From a virus: a DNA stretch of 64,000 nt. How positions within the stretch are numbered: the stretch's first letter is position 1; each line of letters begins with the position of its first letter. The stretch spans positions 1 to 64,000 of IMG/VR virus record IMGVR_UViG_3300045974_000167. The stretch is one strand, 5' to 3'. The notes beneath the pieces were generated by a model. It was not told the DNA's origin and did not search any database. It saw nothing but the letters and a program-made list of their open reading frames with translations. Below are positions 57,732-64,000 of the stretch, in pieces. Made by a program: the position numbers and the translations under genes.

Positions 57732-58223
57732 ATGAGGGAACTACAAATCTCAAAGGGTTGTACCGCTTTAGTAGATGACGAAGATTTTGAGTTAGTTTCA
57801 AAATGGAGATGGTCGTATTGTAAGGGGTACGCCGTTAGGCGAGAGCGTTACGGGCCTCGTAAAGAGAACCGAGCCAAGTGGATATACCTACATAGATTCG
57901 TGTTGGGGCTCACGGATAACTCTGGATTATCCACCGATCATATAAATCGTAACCGTTTAGACTGTAGAAAAGAGAATCTACGATTAGTTTCTCACAGAGA
58001 AAATTGTCTCAACACCCCCAAGAAAACATACAAGCACGGAGCGTCCTCTAAATACAAAGGAGTTTCTTTCAACAAGAAACTTAAGAAATGGCGCGCTAGA
58101 GTGTACGAGCATGGAAAAGAAATGCTGGTTGGGAATTTCCTAACTGAAGACGAGGCCGCATTAGCGTATAATGCTATGGTTACGAAGCTGCGTGGTAATC
58201 TAGCCACGCTAAACGCGGTTTAA
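57732..58223 (+). CDS. HNH-AP2 homing endonuclease
   Basis: LVDDED, LHR, DHINRNRLD.RKENLR, SKYKGV, AA.AYN. Confidence 0.9.
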   Translation: MRELQISKGCTALVDDEDFELVSKWRWSYCKGYAVRRERYGPRKENRAKWIYLHRFVLGLTDNSGLSTDHINRNRLDCRKENLRLVSHRENCLNTPKKTYKHGASSKYKGVSFNKKLKKWRARVYEHGKEMLVGNFLTEDEAALAYNAMVTKLRGNLATLNAV

Positions 58224-58232
58224 GGAGAGACA

Positions 58233-58520
58233 ATGGGATTCGTTCTTGGTGGGACAAACGTAGTCCAGGCTATTACTGCCAGCAGCGCCGTCGTTACCGG
58301 CGTCAAGTCTGGGCAGCCGTACCTTGTTACCTCTACTACAGATTGCTACCTTGCAATCGGTGGGGCGGCGGCGCTTAATGCCGGTATCTTCATCCCTGCT
58401 AAGTACCCGCAGGTGCTACGCTTCGGCTCAGACCTTGGTGCAGCTAACGTCGATCTCCGTGTAATCGGAACTACTGGGTACATTCATCTGAACCCTGGTA
58501 AAGAGATCGGCAACGACTAG
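58233..58520 (+). CDS. Small beta-rich hypothetical protein
   Basis: AAGGAG RBS. Confidence 0.7.
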   Translation: MGFVLGGTNVVQAITASSAVVTGVKSGQPYLVTSTTDCYLAIGGAAALNAGIFIPAKYPQVLRFGSDLGAANVDLRVIGTTGYIHLNPGKEIGND

Positions 58521-58535
58521 CTGCAACTGATTGCA

Positions 58536-58577
58536 GGACGGACGCCCCAAAATGTAGGGGTGTCCGTCTTTCGTTTT
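58536..58577 (+). terminator. Intrinsic terminator directly after a 14-bp motif copy
   Basis: GGACGGACGCCCC/GGGGTGTCCGTCT stem + T-rich tail. Confidence 0.75.
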
Positions 58578-58638
58578 GCAGAACGTTGTGCGATGCTCAC
58601 CATCTCACGACGCCCGCACACCCATGGAGGGATTATTA

Positions 58639-58899
58639 GTGATTGACCTTATTCGCGGTACCATGCTGGCGGCGATTGCCAACCGCCGTACAGGTACTTT
58701 CTCCTGGCCCGACGACTATTGCTGCTCAGAGAAGTGGTACTACTGGGTCCATGTTACCTGGGTAGACGACTGGAATCGTGAAGGTCGTGTAACTGAATGC
58801 ATCGAGTTCCTGCTCAAGTGGCTTGATAGCGATGCCAACATCCAGCGGGCGCTCGATAAGGCCATCGAGTGGAAGGCCAAGTGGGGTACTGATACATGA
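58639..58899 (+). CDS. Hypothetical protein
   Basis: GGAGG RBS + GTG. Confidence 0.65.
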   Translation: MIDLIRGTMLAAIANRRTGTFSWPDDYCCSEKWYYWVHVTWVDDWNREGRVTECIEFLLKWLDSDANIQRALDKAIEWKAKWGTDT

Positions 58900-59090
58900 C
58901 CGAACCCAAGACTGACGAACTCGTTGGACCCTTCAAGATCAAGAAGACTGAACACGAACGGGGGGAACCGGCCTGGGAGCGTATGGCTAACAACGTCGCC
59001 CGAAACTTCGTCGGGGGCATGGATGAATGCAAGACCTGCGGGCGTCCTCGCGTGCAGCGGTACTGCTGCACTTTCTGCGGGGGCGAGTGA
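58896..59090 (+). CDS. Small zinc-ribbon protein
   Basis: CKTCG...CTFCG. Confidence 0.6.
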   Translation: MTEPKTDELVGPFKIKKTEHERGEPAWERMANNVARNFVGGMDECKTCGRPRVQRYCCTFCGGE

Positions 59091-59440
59091 TGAGCATCAA
59101 GGACATGGAAGTCCCCTTCGGGTTCAACCAGGGGCATCGCACCGATACATTCGTTGCCATTAGAGAACTGGGATTCAATTCCATGGGGGCGTTCGTAGTC
59201 AACGGCTACAGTACCCCGCCGCCTGAGCCCAGAGGAACGTTCTTCACCTCTATCCCGATTAGCAAGAAGGAATACCGCGAGAAGCATCCTACCCAGGCGG
59301 GATTTCACCTTACTAGGCTAAGAATCATCTTCTACGATGATTGGGGTGAGAGGTACAGCATCTACGCCGCCCCGGCAATCTTGAAGCAGCTTGCATACGA
59401 GTGCGTTATTAACGGTATTCCGGAGACAGCGGGGGGCTAA
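59090..59440 (+). CDS. Hypothetical protein
   Basis: TGATG-coupled. Confidence 0.6.
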   Translation: MSIKDMEVPFGFNQGHRTDTFVAIRELGFNSMGAFVVNGYSTPPPEPRGTFFTSIPISKKEYREKHPTQAGFHLTRLRIIFYDDWGERYSIYAAPAILKQLAYECVINGIPETAGG

Positions 59441-59838
59441 TGAACCTAGGATTCACCGGTACCCGTGAAGGGATGAGCCAACGGCAGAAACTTGCCCTTG
59501 GGGAACTCCTTGACGGTAGATACAGTATGAACATCGGTGACTTCCATCACGGGGACTGTCAAGGCGCGGATACCCAGGCGCACTTGATTGCAAAATCCCG
59601 GGGATGGAACATCATCATCCACCCGCCCGACCAGACCTACGCCAGAGCATACAACACAGGGTTCTCCTCCATTCGTATGCCCATGCCGTTCCTGGCTAGA
59701 AACCACAACATTGTCGATGAATGTAGTGCATTAATCGCGGCCCCGCGAACCGAGAAGGAAGAGTTAAGAAGTGGTACATGGGCCACCATCCGCTATGCTT
59801 GGAAACAGGGCAAGACCGTCGTAATCCTCAACCCGTAG
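59440..59838 (+). CDS. SLOG-superfamily (DprA/YspA-like) protein
   Basis: GFTGTR, HGDC.GAD, RN..IV, SGTW.T..YA. Confidence 0.75.
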   Translation: MNLGFTGTREGMSQRQKLALGELLDGRYSMNIGDFHHGDCQGADTQAHLIAKSRGWNIIIHPPDQTYARAYNTGFSSIRMPMPFLARNHNIVDECSALIAAPRTEKEELRSGTWATIRYAWKQGKTVVILNP

Positions 59839-59854
59839 TCAATGGAGTGACCAG

Positions 59855-60082
59855 ATGGGCAATGACTTCCCGAACGACCTCGTTGGTTCTTGGGCTACCT
59901 ACCTTACCGCTTCCAAGGGCGAAGTCCCGTGCAAGATTCGCGGCGCACACGCTACGAAGGGTGATACCTACTTGGTGGTCGAGATTGCTTCCGGCCCCAA
60001 CAAGGGCGAGCTTGTGACCGTCCCCGCCTTCCGCATCAAGATCGGATTGTCTGACGAGGCGCGAGCCATCCTCACCAAATAA
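59855..60082 (+). CDS. Small SH3-like hypothetical protein
   Basis: GGAG RBS. Confidence 0.6.
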   Translation: MGNDFPNDLVGSWATYLTASKGEVPCKIRGAHATKGDTYLVVEIASGPNKGELVTVPAFRIKIGLSDEARAILTK

Positions 60083-60084
60083 AC

Positions 60085-60113
60085 TTGTCAAACGTAGCGT
60101 GACCTGCTACAAC
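60085..60113 (+). promoter_or_regulatory. Sigma70-type promoter
   Basis: TTGTCA-17bp-TACAAC with extended TG. Confidence 0.55.
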
Positions 60114-60148
60114 ACAATCTGACGTTGCACACAATCCATGGAGGGACG

Positions 60149-60541
60149 ATGTTCTTTTCGATGCTCGACAGGTACAAGGACCGGATGGGGGACTACAATG
60201 CCCCCCCGCCTAACTTCAAGGAAGTCACTGCTGACGAGTTTGCGAAAATACCCCATCTTAGTGGGGTGCCGGACAAGCTCGAATACCGGCAGATTATCCT
60301 CACAGACAACCGTAGCCCTCTGATTGACGGGGTGTTGCATTGGTACAACGACGGTCACGGGTGGATGATCAATCAAGTGTACTGGAACAAGGAAAAGTCC
60401 CAGTTCGAGTACACGCTGCGCTTCTACACCTTCTCTATTTGCGAGCACGACTTCGGCAAGGACGAAGGTACCGCGATGTTTGAGCACAAGTTCACCTGCA
60501 AGAAGTGCGGCTATACGTACGGATACGACTCAAGCGGATAA
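60149..60541 (+). CDS. Hypothetical protein with C-terminal Zn ribbon
   Basis: CEH...CKKCG. Confidence 0.7.
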   Translation: MFFSMLDRYKDRMGDYNAPPPNFKEVTADEFAKIPHLSGVPDKLEYRQIILTDNRSPLIDGVLHWYNDGHGWMINQVYWNKEKSQFEYTLRFYTFSICEHDFGKDEGTAMFEHKFTCKKCGYTYGYDSSG

Positions 60542-60561
60542 CCAACACAAAGGGGTGCGTC

Positions 60562-60831
60562 TTGAACAAAGAGAGCCGAGCCCTGTGGTTTCTCGTCGGT
60601 GCGATAGCAATCATTCTTCTAGAGGTCGGCGGCGCGGCTGTAGCCATGGGGACGTATGACCCTCCTCCTGCTACCGCAGACTACGGAAGAAACATCGGAC
60701 GAGAGGTAGTGGTCTACATCGATGAGCATGTCCCCGGCAACAAGCCGGTAGTTAAATACTCCGGTTGCCGCCCTGAGGGGCTCGCATTCCGGCGCAAGCC
60801 ACCCGAAACCACAAAGGCTAAGAACAAGTAA
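60562..60831 (+). CDS. Small membrane protein
   Basis: N-terminal TM. Confidence 0.55.
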   Translation: MNKESRALWFLVGAIAIILLEVGGAAVAMGTYDPPPATADYGRNIGREVVVYIDEHVPGNKPVVKYSGCRPEGLAFRRKPPETTKAKNK

Positions 60832-61031
60832 TGTCGGATAACTTACCGTTCGGAAGTGACGGACCCATCCGTAAGATCATCTCCAAGGAACCCTTCATCG
60901 ACAAGATGTTCAAGATTGAACGCTTTCGGGTCAAGTTAGAGTGCGGTCATACCGTGTTTCGGCGGAAGCGGATGTTCCCCAAGGGTACCTTCATCAAGTG
61001 TGAGAAGTGCCCAGGCACGAAGGATCTATGA
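60831..61031 (+). CDS. Small Zn-binding protein
   Basis: LECGH...CEKC. Confidence 0.6.
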   Translation: MSDNLPFGSDGPIRKIISKEPFIDKMFKIERFRVKLECGHTVFRRKRMFPKGTFIKCEKCPGTKDL

Positions 61032-61255
61032 AACCCTGCACCCATTCTGCGATGGAAGCGCGTGAGGCATACGCAGTTGGCGTGTGCCCAAACTGTCTTG
61101 AGGCAGATATTGCCTTTCTGCGGGCTGCACTAGCGGACAAGGAAATGGAGATCGACGTTCTGCGGCGCTACGGAAACAAAGACTGTACTAGACAGGCGGA
61201 TGAGGAGATAGCTAAGACTCGCGTAGAGAACTTGCGTGCCCGCTTCGGGAGGTAG
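61028..61255 (+). CDS. Hypothetical protein
   Basis: ATGA-coupled. Confidence 0.55.
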   Translation: MKPCTHSAMEAREAYAVGVCPNCLEADIAFLRAALADKEMEIDVLRRYGNKDCTRQADEEIAKTRVENLRARFGR

Positions 61256-61261
61256 GGACTT

Positions 61262-61417
61262 ATGACCACCAAAGCTAGGCCCCTCGTTACCAAGGTTCGT
61301 TGTATGTGGTGTCCTGCTGGGCATGGAGGAAAGAATACTGTTCTGTGTAAGCACTGCGGGAACACCGGGTTAACCGACCATGTTCCTTCGTGGAATAAGG
61401 CAAAAGGTAAAAAATGA
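61262..61417 (+). CDS. Small Zn-binding protein (51 aa, not in ORF track)
   Basis: GGAGG/AGGG RBS; CMWC...CKHCG; ATGA overlap with next gene. Confidence 0.55.
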   Translation: MTTKARPLVTKVRCMWCPAGHGGKNTVLCKHCGNTGLTDHVPSWNKAKGKK

Positions 61418-61629
61418 AAACGCATATCGAGCTTCCGGAAGTGAACGAGTATTTCTGCCGTTCTATTCCGTATGGAACCCAAGCCCATATCTCCTACGAG
61501 CAGTTCCTAGCTACCGTAAACAAGGGATCCATCAGCGGGCGACTGTCCAGCCGCCCCAGCAGCAACGTCATAGTACCCTACTGCATCACTTGTCTTAGGC
61601 TGGCGAAGGCTCGATGCTACTCTAGCTGA
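61414..61629 (+). CDS. Hypothetical protein
   Basis: Coupled ORF. Confidence 0.5.
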   Translation: MKTHIELPEVNEYFCRSIPYGTQAHISYEQFLATVNKGSISGRLSSRPSSNVIVPYCITCLRLAKARCYSS

Positions 61630-61714
61630 CACGCCCCAAATGATACTTCGCACTCCCAAGGGAAATGTGCGAATGTCAAATCATTGATGCGGTGAAACCC
61701 CATGGAGGGATTTA

Positions 61715-62071
61715 ATGCTGACATACGCTGGGATGTCGTTCATGCCCCACCCACGGGGCGGGTACATGAAGTACATCTGCGAATCCCCGTCTGGGAATTC
61801 CTATACTCTGTCCCTAGACCCCAACTGGAAGGGGGCACGTTGTTCCTGCCCTGGAGCGATTCATCATCACGACCGGGTGTGTAAGCACGTTAGAGCATTC
61901 AACGAGATGATGGCCTCCAATAACATGAATACCGCTGTAGCTGTGGCGGCAATCATGCAGCACGAGACTATGGATAATGTTAGCGAGGAGGCCAGCGAGA
62001 TTAGTGACATTTCCAATACCAATCGCCCCGCCCCTGTGGTAAGTGACTACCTCAAGAAGTTGGGATTCTAA
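61715..62071 (+). CDS. SWIM zinc-finger protein
   Basis: CSC...CKH. Confidence 0.75.
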   Translation: MLTYAGMSFMPHPRGGYMKYICESPSGNSYTLSLDPNWKGARCSCPGAIHHHDRVCKHVRAFNEMMASNNMNTAVAVAAIMQHETMDNVSEEASEISDISNTNRPAPVVSDYLKKLGF

Positions 62072-62076
62072 CTCAC

Positions 62077-62158
62077 GGTGTCCTGGCGGAAATGGTAGAC
62101 GCGCTAGCCTTAGGAGCTAGTGCCGAAAGGCGTGAGGGTTCGATTCCCTCGGACACTA
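62077..62158 (+). tRNA. tRNA-Leu(UAG)
   Basis: Cloverleaf, CTAGC-CT-TAG-GA-GCTAG, long variable arm, GTTCGA. Confidence 0.92.
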
Positions 62159-62164
62159 CTTCAC

Positions 62165-62246
62165 GGGACTGTGGCGAAACTGGTAGACGCATGGGACTTA
62201 AAATCCCCCGCCGAAAGGCATCCCGGTTCGATTCCGGGCAGTCCTA
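62165..62246 (+). tRNA. tRNA-Leu(UAA)
   Basis: Cloverleaf, anticodon TAA, long variable arm. Confidence 0.9.
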
Positions 62247-62250
62247 TCTT

Positions 62251-62326
62251 GCCTCCATAGCTCAGTTGGTAGAGCAGCGGGCTTTTAACCCGTTGGTCGT
62301 AGGTTCAAATCCTACTGGGGGTACCA
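62251..62326 (+). tRNA. tRNA-Lys(UUU)
   Basis: Cloverleaf, anticodon TTT, encoded CCA. Confidence 0.93.
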
Positions 62327-62332
62327 TTTTTC

Positions 62333-62407
62333 AGTCCCTTAGCTCAGAGGTAGAGCGAGGCCCTTACAAGGCTTAGGTCGTCGGTTCGATCCCGACAGGG
62401 GCTACCA
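62333..62407 (+). tRNA. tRNA-Val(UAC)
   Basis: Cloverleaf, anticodon TAC, encoded CCA. Confidence 0.92.
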
Positions 62408-62459
62408 GTTGCAATCGATTGCAGATGTAGGTTAATAGTAGTCAAACCGGTGAGAACAT

Positions 62460-62783
62460 ATGGGGGTCACCTTGATTCGTGTGATAGATAAACCCGTAGT
62501 TGTCGATGAACCCGCCGTAGTTGCACAGTCCTCCGTACATTACGACGAGCCCTCCGAGGATATCCCAGCACACCCCTGCACGCATAATAACCTCATGCGT
62601 GTCAAGATGTTCGCTGGAGAATCTGTAGAGGAAGTAGAGGAAAAGGTCAATGCGTGGCTTTTTAAGCACTTCATTGTCAGCCCCCTCGCTATCAAGATGT
62701 CGGCGCGTCCTGGGATGATTGCTGTCCTGATTCAATACGAGTACGACCACGTTCCCAAGAAGAAGGGCGAGGATGAGGACTGA
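62460..62783 (+). CDS. Hypothetical protein
   Basis: Gene string. Confidence 0.6.
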   Translation: MGVTLIRVIDKPVVVDEPAVVAQSSVHYDEPSEDIPAHPCTHNNLMRVKMFAGESVEEVEEKVNAWLFKHFIVSPLAIKMSARPGMIAVLIQYEYDHVPKKKGEDED

Positions 62784-62799
62784 CGCCCCAAACGGCGGC

Positions 62800-62828
62800 T
62801 TGCACCCCGGAGATACATCCTCTATTGT
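62800..62828 (+). promoter_or_regulatory. Sigma70-type promoter
   Basis: TTGCAC-17bp-TATTGT. Confidence 0.5.
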
Positions 62829-62865
62829 CGCATCATCGACACGGCGCAAACACCATGGAGGGAAA

Positions 62866-63075
62866 ATGCCAGAACCGATGAAGCTCTCGATTAACATTGA
62901 CGCGCAGGTTCGTCAGTTGGGGGAGCGGGAGTTTGAATGCTCTGTCGTGCTCACAGGTGACACCGGCAAGCCGCATCCCGTGCTAGTTACGCGGCGCGGC
63001 GGTTCTGCTGGACAGGCTCTTTCGATTGCTGTATCTTGGGCGTTCGACTACGTTAAGACCATGGAGGGAACATGA
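62866..63075 (+). CDS. Hypothetical protein
   Basis: GGAGG RBS. Confidence 0.65.
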   Translation: MPEPMKLSINIDAQVRQLGEREFECSVVLTGDTGKPHPVLVTRRGGSAGQALSIAVSWAFDYVKTMEGT

Positions 63076-63287
63076 ACGTTGCTACCTTTGCTGGGTTGTT
63101 CACGAATGCGAAGAGGATTGTCTCGCTGATCGGCGTCACCGAGAACAGGATTGATACCGCCGCCCGACTTCGGAAGATCGCAGGTGACGACCTTCTGATG
63201 CTTGACCTGTGCAGGGCGATTGATTCCCTGGACCTGCACCTTCGTACCGCTGGTAATACCGACCTTGAAATTACCGTGAAGGAATAA
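63072..63287 (+). CDS. Hypothetical protein
   Basis: GGAGG RBS, ATGA overlap. Confidence 0.65.
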   Translation: MNVATFAGLFTNAKRIVSLIGVTENRIDTAARLRKIAGDDLLMLDLCRAIDSLDLHLRTAGNTDLEITVKE

Positions 63288-63293
63288 CCTTAA

Positions 63294-63653
63294 GGGGGCG
63301 AATTAGATTCGACAGATAACGCCAACATGAGATGCGTGCCGTGGTTGGTCAGCAGGCCACGTAAAAAGCCGACCAAACGATCAAAGGCCAACGAGCCGAT
63401 GGTCAGCCTCCGCGCCGTAGCTTAAGCGCGTAGGTTGCGGGGACTACGTGAGCCCCGCCGTTCTACCGGAAGATCACCCTTGTACCGGCTAGGGCGTAAT
63501 TACAGGGTGCGGACCTAGGGATTAGAGGCTCGACTAGGAATGCTGTGCAAGAGAGTCCATTGTCTGTAACCTGCCCAGGTCTACAGGGACACGCACGTAG
63601 TATCTGATGGAAACGTTGTTTGGACCGGGGTGCAATTCCCCGCGCCTCCACCA
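63294..63653 (+). ncRNA. ssrA: tmRNA, tag (A)ANEPMVSLRAVA*
   Basis: GGGGGCG/CGCCTCC-ACCA acceptor with G3-U; GATTCGAC; T-arm; tag ORF 63387-63425. Confidence 0.93.
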
Positions 63654-63895
63654 ATACGTTAGGGGTGGCCCTGCAAAACAGGGCATCGTAAAACCCCCCA
63701 GTAGGGTGCGACGCCCTACCTTTACACGGGTCGATGCCTCCTAAGACCCATTCAAATAACTCTGGAGGCTTTTAATATGTTCATAGGGACAGGCCACGGC
63801 GACTAATCTACAGCCAATCCGCCTCCCAAAATGCAGAGAGTGGGCCGCTCCGCAGCCACTTTAATTACTGGGGAGCTACTTTTCATGGAGGAACG

Positions 63896-64000
63896 ATGGC
63901 CGCGCCTATATATCTGAACAAAGACGGGTACTTAGTTAATATGTACGACTGTACCCCTTGCCCCAAGTGTAAGGACACGCACAGATACCCGTTTCCGCAT
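63896..64000 (+). CDS. Partial ORF with CxxC motif, runs off window
   Basis: GGAGG RBS; MAAPIYLNKDGYLVNMYDCTPCPKCK... Confidence 0.55.
   Translation, partial: MAAPIYLNKDGYLVNMYDCTPCPKCKDTHRYPFPH

Larger units (their letters stand above)
2765..62423. repeat. Dispersed 14-bp palindrome family TGCAATCGATTGCA (~28 copies)
   Basis: Exact at 5502, 24756, 38042, 42200, 51215, 62410; TGCAACTGATTGCA at 16018, 21650, 42873, 45577, 47318, 58522; TGCAATCAATTGCA at 26656, 35724, 55995; 13 further variants. Confidence 0.95.

Noticed and set aside
62092-62376. 94-aa ORF
   Set aside because: Overlaps the tRNA genes
2765-62423. 14-bp palindromes as a CRISPR array or REP/MITE
   Set aside because: Copies are kilobases apart, mostly intragenic and in frame, with no spacers or conserved flanks
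62158-62430. tRNA-associated theta/HDV-like ribozymes
   Set aside because: Spacers are only 4-6 nt and no nested double pseudoknot follows the last tRNA
58542-62792. ACGCCCCAAA three times (58542, 61631, 62783) in intergenic DNA
   Set aside because: One copy is part of a terminator stem; too few and too short to support a motif
22-63239. Numerous minus-strand and nested alternative-frame ORFs, e.g. 36826..37740 and 18891..19562
   Set aside because: Shadows of codon-biased + strand genes; no motifs or RBS, and the + strand is already tightly packed
63463-63654. Minus-strand ORF MVEARGIAPRS...
   Set aside because: Antisense read of the tmRNA 3' end
1-64000. Stop-codon reassignment
   Set aside because: Conserved genes are full length in code 11, all three stops end genes, and there is no suppressor tRNA
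1-64000. Integrase, repressor or attachment site
   Set aside because: None recognisable in the window; lifestyle cannot be called

Overview
This is a 64-kb segment of a large tailed dsDNA phage, siphovirus-like with a lambda-type tail tip. All credible genes lie on the + strand. Gene order: tape measure (5'-truncated); Dit; an ~8-kb fibre cassette ending in a 2157-aa protein fused to a second Dit copy; gpL/K/J-like tip genes and an S74-chaperoned fibre; lysis; a second fibre/appendage module; hemerythrin; replication/recombination (initiator with internal iterons, degenerate DnaC, DnaB, primase, SSB, SF2 helicase, RecA, two resolvase-like nucleases, Cas4-like nuclease); modification genes (MgsA_C-like, SAM methyltransferase, MT-A70, WbqC, GT-B glycosyltransferase, PIG-L deacetylase) wrapped around ParB-TerS-TerL; tmk/dut; many small early-type ORFs; 4 tRNAs; a tmRNA. 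Main unexplained signals: (1) about 28 copies of a 14-bp palindrome (TGCAATCGATTGCA and variants) dispersed across the whole window, mostly inside genes; (2) a probable glycosyl-deacetyl-acyl modification pathway linked to the packaging genes; (3) covarying ANGGAG hexaloop hairpins over the ribosome-binding sites of ~14 genes (CsrA-like); (4) a giant Dit fusion carrying an altered M14 carboxypeptidase domain. All family assignments come from motif recognition by eye; no searches were run.
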